A stretch of DNA of 64,000 nt. Source: Octopus bimaculoides (taxonomy: Eukaryota). Position 1 is the stretch's first letter; each line of letters begins with the position of its first letter. The notes beneath the pieces were generated by a model. It was not told the DNA's origin. It worked only from the letters and a program-made list of their open reading frames with translations, and did not search any database. The position numbers and the translations under genes were made by a program. The DNA lies in NCBI RefSeq assembly GCF_001194135.2, contig NC_068999.1, positions 41,162,801-41,226,800 on the forward strand, written 5' to 3'. Below are positions 25,374-39,838 of this stretch, in pieces.

Positions 25374-26031
25374 TGTCCATTATGAGTTGTGTGTTCAAAT
25401 TCGACAGCATTTCACCTTAGAACATATGCAATATACCCTCCATTGTTTGCACAAAATACATGGACTATGTCAATGTGTGTGTGTGTGTGTGTATGTAGGT
25501 ACGTGTGAATGTATATATGTATGTATTTGTGTGTTGCACCTCAAAATATTTATGAAATAGCCGGTATAAATGTGAGTTGGTTGGTTCAGCTCGCTCTTTA
25601 CAACGGAAAACGAGTGAAGAGAAGAAGTGCGCTACTAGTGTCTTACAAATTTCTGAAAAATACACATTTTTTCATGAAATTTTGCAAAGACAGGTTTTCG
25701 TGGGAAGTGAGTAGATAGCAACTATGTCGATAAAATTTAGAAAAATAACATTTATTACAAATATTCAAATGAGAAATTTCCTATGTTTAGTTTTTTTTTT
25801 TTTTAGGTGATAAAAATATTACTTTTGAACATTTGTATTCATTTCATTGTTGTGTGTAAGCACCAACAAATATGATCAGTGCTTAAATATAATTATTGAA
25901 TATATGATTACAGCATATATGATTATCGCATATATGTTTAAATATAATTATTGCATATATATTCCTGATATCACCCATAGTAGCTACAGTATTCATAGAA
26001 AGTTAAGCGTCATGTGACGGGTAACATTCCA

Positions 26032-26079
<48 letters not shown>

Positions 26080-26389
26080 GAGGGTTGCGTAAGCATTGCT
26101 CTTTTAAACTTTATAGCGTTCCTGAAATGAAGTTTAACTGGATTTGAGTTCCAAAGGGAGGGAACTGGACAAATAATGCAACACATTCTGTCCAACGCTG
26201 TAACCTATCGACCACCCATACTTCAACATATATGCATACATATATATACACATATACATATATACACATATATACACATATATCTAAATATATATCTGGC
26301 GGGGTGCGGCAAATGTGTGTATGTGCATACGCACGCACATACTCACATGCATATATATATATATATGTGTTTGTGTGTAAGGTTTACCT

Positions 26390-26425
<36 letters not shown>

Positions 26426-26874
26426 GCATGTATGTATAAATAACTGTGTTTATATGTGTGAGTGTGTGTATGCGTGAGTATTTACAAAGATAATGATATA
26501 TGTTTGTGTTTATGCAAGCATTATGATTATGTACAAAAATGTATATGTGTGTGAGTGTGAGAATAGTTAGAAACACATATAGGTATATATATATATATAT
26601 ATATATAACACAATAGCTTTGGGAAAACATTTTACTAAAAAAAAATGTGGAAGAAAACAAAACATAATTCCAAAATAAACATACACAATAAACAACTATA
26701 ATAATAATAATAATAATAATAATAGTAGTAATAATAACTACAACAACAATAACCACACTATCGTTAGACTTTCTCCTGACAAATTATACTTTACTAAACT
26801 AATTTTCTCTACGGTATTTTCGTATTTTTCCTGTTTTTACTGAAATTATTTTCTTTGTTGTTTATTTAAGAGTA

Positions 26875-26914
<40 letters not shown>

Positions 26915-27271
26915 ACTGCATTTTGCATGGCATTTTGTTATTGTTGTTACTACAGCTAAAGTTGGTGGCGGCGGTGGTTCGGGTGATGATGAAGGCAATG
27001 TTGTTTAAACTTATTTTATATTCTTTTGTTTTCCTGAGTTTATTACTTCTTTTCACTTATTGAACACGAATTTACTAAAGGTGTAAGGTATATATACATC
27101 TGAATCTTGTTGGTTAGCAATGTTTTGCAAATAACCACGACGAGATTTTTCCTATGCTCTCGGCAACATCCGGGACCTGATACCAGAACTTGGTCACGTT
27201 TATTTTGCAGGCATTTCGTTGTTTTAGTACAGTTTCCGCACTGAAACAAGAAGACGGTGAGAAAACAAACA

Positions 27272-27332
<61 letters not shown>

Positions 27333-27474
27333 GTGTGTCTGTGTGTTAGAACTGTGAGAAAATATGTAGTGTTTCCTTAACTTTCAAAGAAATGATTGAG
27401 GAATGACAGTGAAATAATGAAATGCACAGTCAAGCAGGCAGACGGAGAAATAATTGTGTTTGTGTCTCTCTCTC

Positions 27475-27510
<36 letters not shown>

Positions 27511-27629
27511 NNNNNNNNNNNNNNNNNNNNNNNNNNNNNNNNNNNNNNNNNNNNNNNNNNNNNNNNNNNNNNNNNNNNNNNNNNNNNNNNNNNNNNNNNN
27601 NNNNNNNNNNNNNNNNNNNNNNNNNNNNN

Positions 27630-27673
<44 letters not shown>

Positions 27674-27964
27674 GATAGATAGGTAGGTAGGAAGTTTTAG
27701 AAAATACAGGAGCGTTGAGAAATGAAATTACGTTTTGCATAGTAATTACAATTTTTAAATTAAACTTTAAATTGGCTACTCTTTACCTTAACAAGGTTTA
27801 TTTTTTAAATTTGATCTGAAAGAATTAGCTCTTTTAAAACGTTCTTCACACGAACTTGAACTTTCCGTAATGTCACGAATAATACACTGACAATTATATT
27901 TAAAAGTACACTCTAACCCACTGGTACAAAACCTGTTGCAGAAACGGGACTTTTTCAGTTCTAT

Positions 27965-28075
27965 ATATAAGAGATGCAGAATTATCTACATTATTTACAT
28001 TTGACAAATATTTGTCCACATCTTCTTTGTTGTTAACACAACGTTTCGGCTGATATACCCTCCAGCCTTCATTCA
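27965..28075 (-). mobile_element. Hammerhead-bearing cassette (family H2), 5' core damaged
   Basis: Sense ...UUGAAUGA-A-GGCUG(GAGGGUAUAU)CAGCC-GAAA-CG-UU-GUGUU at 28035-28082; fused to a SINE A tail. Confidence 0.55.
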
Positions 28076-28170
28076 AGTCTTGGGGTGGATTCATTCGACA
28101 AAATATCTTCAAGGCGGTGCCTCGGCATGGCCGCAGTTTAATGTTGAAACAAGACAAAAAAGACAAAAGT
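28075..28170 (+). mobile_element. SINE family A tail
   Basis: ttggggtggattcattcgac...caaggcggtgcctcggcatggccgcagt matches 28690-28760. Confidence 0.8.
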
Positions 28171-28416
28171 TCTCAACCCAACGCCCTTACAATTCTAATA
28201 GTGATATTTTTTTTTAATGGCAGAGCAACATATATTTATGAAAGGAGATAGCTGGTGAAATCAAGTAGTCAACTGGATTTTTTTCCATCAGACACGAAGC
28301 AGTTAAATGAAATTTTGACTTGTTGAAAACAAATGTCAAATCGTTTTATTGTTTTTCCTGCACTCCTTACTAATTCTTTCATTAAAAGAAGACAAATATA
28401 TGTGTTCTCTCATATA

Positions 28417-28765
28417 GGGGTGTATGTGTGATAAGTAGCTTGCTTACCAACCATACGGTTCTGGCTTGTCCCATTGCGTGGCACCTTGGGCATGTGTCTT
28501 CTACTATGGCCTCGGGCCGACCAAAGCCTTGTGGTTGGATTTGGTAGACAGAAACTGAAAGAAGCCCGTCGTATATATATATGTGTGTGTGTGTTTGACA
28601 ATCGAAGCTGGTGTGTTTACGACCCCCGTAACTTAGCGGTTCGGCAAAACAGACCGATAGATTAAGTACTAGGCTTACAAAGAATAAGGCGTGGGGTCGA
28701 TTTGTTCGACTAAGGGCGGTGCTCCAGCATGGCTGCAGTCAAATGACTGAGACAAATAAAAGAAC
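28417..28765 (+). mobile_element. SINE family A, full length
   Basis: Head, internal (TA)(TG), body (gtttacgacccccgtaacttagcggttcggcaaaa) and tail (ggcggtgctccagcatggctgcagtcaaatgactga...aaagaa) all present. Confidence 0.92.
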
Positions 28766-29313
28766 AGATTTAGTATCGATTTAATTATCCTCAGTATTCT
28801 ATTGGTAGAAAATTCCTGAATTAAAAACCGAAGCAGACATCGTGATTCGAAATCCCAATATAATAGAATATAAATGTATCCTCCAAAATATTTTGTTTAA
28901 AATTCTGCTATGTCTACCACGCCAATGCTAATGTTGAAACCAAAATAATATTTAAAGATAGCGAAATAGAGAAAAAAAATTAGGAAACAAAAAATAAAGC
29001 GAATAAAAACAAAACAGCATAGAAATTTTTTTGCTAATATTTAATTTATTCGGTGGAAATGTTATATAGACTGGTGCCAGAGTGAAACCTGTCTGGTTCT
29101 GGAGATACAGTGTTGGTTTTAATGAGATTTTCACGGATGGTTCTTAGAATATACGAAACCCGGGAAGTTTTATAATGCATGCTAAATTACATATAATTGG
29201 AAATAATGTGATCTTTTACACCGATACACTTGTGTGTATAGATTTGACATTGTTATATATACACACAAATGAGTGTATGTACATACATATATATACACAC
29301 ATATGTCTGTGTG

Positions 29314-29354
<41 letters not shown>

Positions 29355-29436
29355 ATGTATACATATATGTGCATATATATAAAATACATATATGTGCATA
29401 TATACATATATATATATACATATATATATATACAAT

Positions 29437-29512
<76 letters not shown>

Positions 29513-29522
29513 NNNNNNNNNN

Positions 29523-29591
<69 letters not shown>

Positions 29592-30055
29592 GAGACACGG
29601 ATATCGATAGACTGACGGAGAGATAGATAGATAAGATAAGATAAGATAAGATAGTAACATATGCACGTGCGCACGCACACATTAGTGCGTGTGCGTGCGT
29701 CGATGTGTTTCTGTATCGGATATAATTGTGTGTCAGCGTGTGGTCTTTGTTTTATTTGATACGATTTCTAGTTCTCTGCTTGCATTCGAAACGAGAACAA
29801 AACACTGTTGGGGGAATGACGCCATGGACATTCCCCCAGCAGTGTGTGTGTGTGTGTGTGTCTGTGTTTGTGTGTGCATTACTGATTTGCAATGTGTATA
29901 TACGTATGTGTGTGGCAAATATGTTCGCTTGCATTTCTATGTCAAATCTTCAATATGCAGAAAACTAATACATAGGCCTGACCGTGTGATTAAGTATTCA
30001 GTTTCGTATCTGCGTCGTTCCAGGTTTAATTTTAAAGCTACTGGTTTATGTTATA

Positions 30056-30625
30056 TATTGTTGTCCGCTGTGGTCTCCCTCCCTGAAACAGTATATTATA
30101 AAAATCGAAGCAGTCCAGAGATCGATCACAAGTAGAATGGGCCGCCTGACAGCTCTTGGTTAGTGGGATCGTCCCGAGAAACTGATTTTATTCCCTCCAA
30201 CGCCGCCGCGAGCTTTGTACCATTGGTATGATGAGGAAAATATTCCAGCAGCAGTGCACAACTGATGTTGGCATTTAATTTAAAATTCACCAAAGACATG
30301 GTCCTCTTGCTGTTCGTCCTCAACGAAAGTCGTGTCCGCATAACATCACAACACTCAGGCAGAACTACTTCAACTCAACGGGTGCTGCTCTCCTTAACAT
30401 CATTCCAAGATACATAAGAGATGAAAAAGATACCCAAAACTGTTCCTGGACGAATAATTTCATAGAAAATCCCAGATAAACCACCTGCCCTGCAAAAAAT
30501 AACTCTCCTGGAATGGGCTATGGCGCCCAAACAATGATTCGTATGAAACACCTTTAAGTGTTTTTTTCCAAGTGGTGGTCTTAAGTTAGACATGGGGGGC
30601 CAATGCTGGCCAAAGCTTTATCGAT
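30056..30625 (+). mobile_element. CR1/L2-group LINE 3' fragment (different subfamily from 15659)
   Basis: YCCPLWSPSLKQYIIKIEAVQRSITSRM...WDRPEKL..SLQRRRE...TTLRQNYFNSTGAALLNIIP...EWAMAPKQ, with stops and frameshifts, then a probable 3' UTR. Confidence 0.85.
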
Positions 30626-31368
30626 TTAATCTTTGTGTTAAATACACTACCGCAGAATACCGCAAGGCAATGAGAAACTAACGGCTACCTTTACAACTAA
30701 TCTTCCTGGTTCGCCCATTTTATTTATCTTGACACATTATGGATATTCTTAAACACCAGGAATACATCTCACGACCTCCTCCATTTGTCGCCCCAAAAGT
30801 CGGCATGGGATTCTTTTATATATTCCTTTGAGGGCATATGGAAGCTTTCTCCTAAGTATTTTCCGTAGGCAGGCAGACACATATTTCCAATGCTCTCTTG
30901 TTATTGAGGAACCGATCTGTATCGATCAGCTACGATCTGATTAGCAATGCTAGCATAATTTCGGTTAATGCTCTTCTTATTAACGCCATTTGAAATGCCA
31001 TTATTTTTTCATTTGTTAAAGTGTAAACGTTGTGCTGTGGTTGTGTGTGTGTGTGTGTGTGTGTATAGTAGTAGTAGTAGTAGTAGTGTAATAATAATAA
31101 TACTAATAATAATGTAATAAATACAAACTCTAGTCACACGTTATTTAATTTTTTGAGAGACAGTGAGAGAATACAAAAAAAATTCCAGTTTTACTTTAAA
31201 ATGATGAACTGAAAAGAAAGAGATGGAGGAAAAGAGAGAACGGGAGAGGGAGGAAAGAGAGAGAGAAGAGAAAGCGAAAGAAAGTGTGTGAGGAATCAAT
31301 AGTATGCCTCCAGCAGAAGTCTGAAAAGTAACTTTTATGAATAAAAATCGATTCTATCTATCACCTTG

Positions 31369-31406
<38 letters not shown>

Positions 31407-33158
31407 NNNNNNNNNNNNNNNNNNNNNNNNNNNNNNNNNNNNNNNNNNNNNNNNNNNNNNNNNNNNNNNNNNNNNNNNNNNNNNNNNNNNNNNNNNNNNN
31501 NNNNNNNNNNNNNNNNNNNNNNTATATATATATATATGTATATACATTTATGAGTATATAGTTAATATTGAAATCTCGAAAGAAAATTTAAAGTTGTTCT
31601 TCTTAATAGCCAATAGCCAATATCCAATAATCATACATCTATTTATTTATTTATTTTACCCTCTATTCCATAACAGATTCAGTGACCGACCGAAATAACA
31701 AAAAAACGGAAAACGATATGTACGAATTTCGTTTCGTTTCGGTCTGCGTTGGAATATATTAGTTCCCCGGTCTCCCTTGCTGTGTTTTTTTTTTTATTTA
31801 GTAATTTTTTTAGTCAGTTATTTCATGAAAAATGTTTGATATTGCTACAGTTGAGTTGATTAGATTGTGTTGATTGTCTTTCTTTTAACTGGACACAAAC
31901 GCCTTAGTATTCTAGTAGAAACGTTGTTAATGTTGTGATATTTATAATATTTATTTGTTTTGTTGTTGCATATTGGAGGGAAGATTTAAGGATGGAGATG
32001 GTGTGTGAAGCGGGTGGTGGGACGACAGAGAAAAAGATAATCAACTGATTGTAAGACTAGTCCTTTTGGTGTAAATATTGGGAGAACGATAAATTACAGA
32101 CGATATTCTGATAAATTTGGGAAGAAAAGTTTTCATTATATTACCAGAATGGTGGCAGGGTTGGGCTGGCGGTTTTATATAATCTTCGTCTTTTAGATGT
32201 TCAATCATTATTACTTATATTTTTTGTATTTATCTACGAATTGTCGTGTGTGTATGTTGTGTGTGTATAGTAGATGTTTGTTCTTGTGTGTTTTAATTGC
32301 AGATATTATGTATACGCAATATAAGTGTGTGTGTGTTTGTGTGAGTGTTCGCATGTATGCTTGCGTGCTTATGCGCATGTGTTACAGTGTTTGTGTTTGA
32401 AAGAGCTTATGTTTTCATGTGTGGTTATGAAGATGTTTTTTTATGCAATTTGTGTGTTTTTTGTGTTGTTTTTCAGTGTGTATTTTGTCCGCTTACGAAA
32501 AAGCTTGCGTTTGAAAGTGTTTGAGTTCGGGTGTTGTTGTATGTGTAAAACTTGAAATGCTGCTGTACATGTTACGTGTCTATATGTTTCTACGTAGCCG
32601 TGTGTGTATATATATGTGTGTGTGTGTGTGGTTGTACGCATTGCAGTTATAGACACAGTAGGATGCTGGCCTAAACGCATTACGTTATTTCCTTTTGTTT
32701 GTTCCTTGTTTTCAGTTCGAATACTATGAGATTCAACCTTCACCTCCCACCCCCTCCCATTTTGGGGTGAAGATCAAATAATGAGTTAGTCAAAGGCTTC
32801 AGACCCTTCAAAGAAAAATTTGACTTTCTTCTGAGCAAAAAAAAAAAAAAAAAANNNNNNNNNNNNNNNNNNNNNNNNNNNNNNNNNNNNNNNNNNNNNN
32901 NNNNNNNNNNNNNNNNNNNNNNNNNNNNNNNNNNNNNNNNNNNNNNNNNNNNNNNNNNNNNNNNNNNNNNNNNNNNNNNNNNNNNNNNNNNNNNNNNNNN
33001 NNNNNNNNNNNNNNNNNNNNNNNNNNNNNNNNNNNNNNNNNNNNNNNNNNNNNNNNNNNNNNNNNNNNNNNNNNNNNNNNNNNNNNNNNNNNNNNNNNNN
33101 NNNNNNNNNNNNNNNNNNNNNNNNNNNNNNNNNNNNNNNNNNNNNNNNNNNNNNNNNN

Positions 33159-33203
<45 letters not shown>

Positions 33204-33284
33204 CACCAGGTGGTGCTATTAAGTTAGACGTGACCTGGGCATTCACACACATTCACACACATTCAGAACACACACATGAAGTTC

Positions 33285-33445
33285 TTTCCATAAGCTTCCC
33301 TTCAATCGAGTTTACTCACAAGGCACTAGTCGCACCAAGACGATATTAGAAGACACTTTCTCAAGGAGCCTCACTGTGGAACTGAACCCAAGGCCACGTG
33401 GTTACAAAGCTAACTATTGATTCTCACAACCGTGCCTACGTCTAG
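33285..33445 (-). mobile_element. SINE family A head
   Basis: actcacaaggcactagtc...gaagacactttctcaaggagcctcactgtggaactgaaccc. Confidence 0.75.
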
Positions 33446-35626
33446 CCTCAACTATTAATTTTAATCGTGCGCTCGTAGGTTTGAGATATATCCGTGTTCG
33501 ATATATCCGTTTCTCAAACGATTCTTAATGCTCAACATGATAAATCCAGTCTCTACCATAGGTTTCGCTTACAATACGTTGTGATCTTGAATATACTGCA
33601 AAATATCCAAACATGAAAGACTAAAATCACATGCGAAAGTGCAGTATAATTATACAGTGTACCTATTCTATACCTTGTTGGTCTCTGATATTAGCAGTTT
33701 ATTCGTCAAACTGTCCATATATCGCCAGCCGATATACACTCAAGGATCAGGATGGAATACTACCATTAGTCCTTAAGCAATTTCATTGGTGATCAGTCTT
33801 TTGCAAACTGTCGACCTTATGATAACACTTGTCCCTTCTGAACCCTCACCACCAGTTCCTGCAAAAAACTTTTGAACTCATGTTTCTCATGCGATTATTT
33901 GGGGATATTTGCAAATAGTCGTACTTCATAAAGTTTATAAACCCACTCCTCAGCGGTTGTTGGTGATCAGTTATAGCTGTTTCTAAACTGGCCTTCATAT
34001 TCGGTTTCTGGTCAAAATTCTTGCAAAAATAATCCGAAATCAAAATATATTTTTGAGAAAATCCCAGAAAGGAAACTTGAATGAGTGTCAGACCGTAAGT
34101 GAAAGGTATCGATGTTTCGTTCCTTCGCACGTCTATATCCATAGATTTGACCCACAGATGTACTTTGTCATGTTCACTTAGTGAGCATACCTTACAAGAT
34201 AAAGCTTTCATACGGCCCTATACTGCTCAAAGTGCGAAATACTTTTAGGTGTCCGGGTCAGTTACATCTAATGCGCCTCATTTACTTCTAACGACATCCT
34301 TGATCATTTCTAGCCATTATTCGTTTAATTAGTGCTCAGAGAAAGCACATTTTCGAGTCATGCCTGATTCTAATCGAATGTCATTTGTAGCAATAAGAAC
34401 GAATTTAAAAGGCTTCACAATAAATCTCTTCCACTCAGCTCCCCTCCGTATTTGTTAAATGAGACGCTAAATAGGCTCTCATCAACGACACGATGTATCT
34501 AATTAATACAAGTTGATATTAAGAGAAGTTTATGAGCAAATTTGATTCAGATTTACACGTTTTGTCAATAAATAAAACGGTTCATGCGCTTCACACACTG
34601 AGGTCGTTTTAGTCCCTTATATACCGAAGGACAGTAGGAAATAGATGTGCAATTAAGTATTTCGTGTTGCAACTAAATGGTTTCAGGTGCGACCACACTA
34701 GGCAACATATTTCAACATACGAGTCGACCCAAACAAAGAAGCTGGTCGGAGGAGCATCAGCAATCCCTCTCTCACACACTCTTTTATATATATATAACTG
34801 AGTGCATGTGTGTGTATGTAAGTATGTATATATGTATTTGTGTAACACCTACCTGACAGTAGTAAACTGCAATGTGGAAACATTTGTCATTTGAACGCAG
34901 AACTTTGAGACTCACAAACATGAAACTACAGGTTATTTAAGTGTGTATCAGTCCAGTTCTTTAACATGCAATTTCGTCATACTATTACATATTCTAATAT
35001 AGCTAACTAAAGTTTCTTTTTTCCATTTTTTTTCTTTAAGTTCTTCCTCGTTTTTATTTTATTTTTATATTTTCAATTTGTACTTTCCTTTTAAACTTGT
35101 TTTGTTGCCAGTTAATTTCACTTCCTTTTCGGTGTAACCTTCTCCTTGTTTCCTAGCTTTACTAATTCCCATTTTTCTTTCCATGGAATATTTCCAAGAA
35201 AATCGATGCACTGAAAGGTTTTGAAGTCTCGTTTTATTTCCTTGAAAGAAATCAATTGATTTTATGTCCGCATCAATCAAATGAAAGCCTTCAGTTTGAA
35301 GTCGGAACCCAAGTTTAGGAGTTTATAGAATTTCTCTCTCAAAACGTCACTCATGCCAACTTCATTTCACTAAGATTCATTGGTAAAGCAGTTTTATACG
35401 AGCAAACGTATCCAAACATTACATCGTTTCGATGTTTCCTCGTTTCTTTATCTCCACTTTTCATATGGATGTATGCATAGGTAGACGTACGGATGGATTT
35501 AAACATGCATGCCTTTTAGAATATGTGTATACGCGTTTATTGATGCATGTATGCAAAATTATTGTAGCGCCATATGTTGCATATGTGTGCATACACACAC
35601 ACATACACATACATTCTCTCTTTCTC

Positions 35627-35685
<59 letters not shown>

Positions 35686-35796
35686 CACATATATACATCA
35701 CATGCATATATACATGTATGTATATCAATATGTATAGTGTAGTGGCATATATGTAAGTACATGCACACACGCTCACACACATATACATTCTCTCTT

Positions 35797-35851
<55 letters not shown>

Positions 35852-36021
35852 AACATATATATATACATATATATATATATATTTGTATATATCTATATAT
35901 GCATTTATATGTATATATATATGTATAAAAGAATATATGCACATATATACATCACGTATATATACATGTATGTATATCAATATATATGAATATATATACA
36001 CACACACATATATATACATGT

Positions 36022-36070
<49 letters not shown>

Positions 36071-36964
36071 CGTTTCATTCTGGTAACATACGTTTATTGT
36101 TGTGACGTAAATATTCCTGAAATCGAGAAAGGTATACATATATCTATAAATGTGATGTGCTCAGGTGATATGCTTTGGTGTTAGCATTTTTAACTTCGTG
36201 CCAAATCATTTTAATTTGTTCTTAAAAGGAGCAGCTATTTAAAAAAAAAGATAACGCAATAGATCTAGCGTGGTACGGTGGCACTAGGAGAAGTGATTAT
36301 TCTATGAGATCAAATAGTTTTGTATTGTAATAGTCATGAATAATTCGATTGTCTGTTATTCTTCGTACAATCGATGAGTATATAGACTTTCTAAAGCTAA
36401 TATTACGCTAGACATCGTCATAACATCTCTCTACATCAAATCCCAACAACACACTCCATATACAAAAAAAAAACATCTGATACCTGAAATAACGAACGAC
36501 ACAAGAGTACGTCAGACTACCTCCGCGGTTATTTCATCATTTCGTGTGTGTGTTTTGCTGTGTGTGTGAGTTGCTCTCTCAAGAGGAATACCGTAGCATT
36601 ACGGCGTTCTTACAGTACATCCACATTAAATAAGATACAAAAATTGTTTTATATGTGTGTTTGGTTGTAATGTGTGTATGAATACAAGTACATGTATGTG
36701 TATGTATTTATACGTAGATATGTATATGCGTGTGTATGTATATTTGTATCTATGAACGTGTGTGTGTGTACGTATATATCTGTAAATTTATGTGTGTCTG
36801 TATGTATTTATACATGTTGCTCTGAATACAATTTAAGTGTGTATTTGTGTGTGTGTGTGTGTGTGTGCTGCTTAAATAGAAAAGTGTTCGTGTACGCATC
36901 AAAATCACATAAATTGAAATATGCCTTTATACGAACCGATACTTGCATTCCTTAATGAATAGCA

Positions 36965-37425
36965 TATGCACACGTACATACCCATGCACTTATCAGCACA
37001 CATATATACATATATACATACATACATGTGTGCATACATACACATATACACATACATACACACATACGTACATGCATACATAAATACACACATACATATA
37101 TACATACACATACATACATACACATATATACTCATTCATACCTACACACTCATACATACACACACATATATACATGCTCACACATTCATACATGCACACA
37201 TACACACACACGCATGCATACATACACACATACACTGATGCATGCATGCATACACACGCATACGTACGTACATAGAATAGACACATGCATACATATATAA
37301 ATACATACATACATACACGTACATACATACATAATAGACGCATGCATACATACATACATACATACATACATACACACATACACGCATGAATTAATCGTTC
37401 CCATATACATATATACACTCACATT
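36965..37425. repeat. Long degenerate (ACAT)n/(CA)n low-complexity tract
   Basis: Directly visible. Confidence 0.9.
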
Positions 37426-39435
37426 CATGCAATTACGGTGAAATTTTCAATTGAACCAAGATCTTTACCAAATCTAGAAAACAAAAACAAAAGGCTTCCA
37501 AAAATCCCTCAATATGTGCTACGAAAGGAATGAAAAGATCTTAGATTGTAAAATATCTCAGAAATTCGCATTTCTGTGCGAAGAAATTACGCCAACAAAC
37601 TACACGAACGGAGAAGATAGAAACTGCTTTATCCAGCAGAACAAACTATTAAAAACATGGGGTTATAAGAATCGTGAAAGTAAGCCCGAAATTAAAAAGA
37701 AGCAGGTAGAAATGACATTATTGCGCAGATACCTTATGAACGAATCGAAACGAATGAAGGTACTCACACATTCGTGTACTCAACGAAAACATACACCCAT
37801 TTTACATCACAACAAGGATATACACACAAGCAGCTGTAGATATGCACTCAATACCTTATGTACACAGTCACAAATTCCAGGAAGTATCTTCTCCTATAAA
37901 ACAAAAATGCAGATTGCCGTGAATTCTGCAAAGAACTTTAAATACATTTCAAAGGCGAACATGTTTATATATAGATATGCACACACACGCTCACACACGT
38001 ACATATACATGTATGTGTACATGTATGTGTACGTGTATGTGTACGTTTGTGTGTGTGTGTGTGTAATATGAAAGCAATAAACATACATGATGTAGCAGTA
38101 ATATATACACCGTCTCATCTATCGATTAACGATTTGTACTCATGGCTTGAATATATAGAAACACATTAGGTAGATAGGTTGGGGGGGGAGCGTTTGTGTC
38201 AGTGTGCGCGCATGCATCATATACATGTAGATATTTTACGTTTAAAAAAAACATATTTAAAAACATACAAACATGCAATATACATATACACACCGAAACA
38301 CGCTTACACATATCTGTGTAAATATAGACATCTATGTAGCGAGTCAGACAGACAGATAGATAGATAGATAGATAGATAGATTGATACATACATGCACACA
38401 CATACAGAGAAAGATAGATAGAGAGAGAGACAGATAGATAGATACATACACATATACATACATTTATACATTCATACGCACATACATACATACATACATA
38501 CATTGATATGCTTTTATCAGTGTGAGAGTGCACTTAAAATATGAATATATATACACACAGATACATATATTGCCTCAATGCAAGCAAAGCCCAACAACAA
38601 ATACGGTGTCTAAACTTACTTTCATACACTGGTTCACAATCTCCTTATATCATTCAGTCATAAGAACACACACAAACACACCTATAACCAGTGATATACA
38701 GACAGACACAGACACAGACACAGTCGCATATGCGCCGCTACACATGCACACACACACGTGTGCACTTAACTATAAAACTCGTCACTAGGGAATGCATATA
38801 GTTGAAAATGGAAAACGAAATTTCTATAGTTACGAGAAAATTTAAGCCAAGAATTATCAATTGAATTCACTTAATAAGGCGAACGCATCATAAATAACTC
38901 TGCAGAAATCAAAGCAATTCAATTAAGTCATGCGTAGTCTGTTGCTGGAATCAACTGTTCTCTCTACAATGAACTGTCAACCAATTCCAATACAGATCTG
39001 AAGTTGTCAGACGCTTGCGGACAGCTTTCTCTTACTAGAAATTAAACCGTTAAGACATTACATTATAATAATAATTGCTAGAAGAATGGTAATAGTAATG
39101 TTAATAATAATAAGAAGAAGGAGAAGAAGAAGAAGGAGAAGAAGAAGAACGCTTCATTATATAATTATGATAACTATTACTAATGGCAGTTGCAGAAGTA
39201 ACGATATGATATATTGATAGTAACAGAAACAATATTTTAATATTTGCCGCAAGGGCAACTGGCATGCTACAAGAATCATTTACCGCAGTCACAATATATC
39301 TGTGGCTATATGTCATTATTTCATCTCGTTGTTTGAATCATTAGACTGCAGTCATGTTAGAGCACTTGCTGGAAAGACATCAGATCATTAAAACACACCC
39401 ATTTACACACACAAACACACATATACAAACACATA

Positions 39436-39838
39436 ATGTGACACACAAACCTGGGTCCATTACAACCTTCGAACAGGGGAGGTCATCAGATTCCCCTTGC
39501 TGGTTCAACATCCACAGAGTAGTTTCGGGGTATTTTCCCCTTATCAATGTAGTGTAGTTGAACCCAGCAGGCGTCGCTGTTAAGTGTCTGTTAGAAGTCT
39601 CCTTTAGAGAGATTTAGAAATAATAATATTTCTATGTGGAAATCAGATGTGTTCCACTAAATATATTTAAATAAACCTTCAAAGAGACAGTCAACAGCGA
39701 CGCCTGCTGGGTTCGGCTACTCCAAATTCATAACGGGAAAATACCCCGAAACTAGTCTGTGGATGTTCAACCAGCTAGGGGAAGTTGATGACCTTCTCTT
39801 TTCAAAAGTAGTAATGGACATAGATTTCTGTGTCACAT
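39436..39838. mobile_element. Foldback / long-TIR non-autonomous element
   Basis: Arms of about 162 bp (39436-39597 and 39677-39838) are inverted copies, roughly 80% identical by eye, around a 79-bp AT-rich spacer; termini ATGTGACAC...GTGTCACAT. Confidence 0.88.

Noticed and set aside
27211-27256. Candidate 46-bp exon with good splice sites (AFRCFSTVSALKQED)
   Set aside because: Peptide does not resemble the sequence expected after ...KEISE in a cadherin repeat; such sites occur by chance.
33770-33810. Minus-strand CTGATCA...GAAA
   Set aside because: Core mismatch and no room for helix II; cannot be supported from this copy.
33846-34211. 121-aa minus-strand ORF
   Set aside because: No recognisable domain or splice signals; probably chance or old TE.
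36965-37425. CRISPR-like or coding repeat array
   Set aside because: Degenerate tetranucleotide microsatellite with no repeat-spacer structure; the sequence is eukaryotic.
39478-39500. CTGATGA on the minus strand within the foldback arm
   Set aside because: No helix II followed by GAAA, and the other arm lacks the motif.
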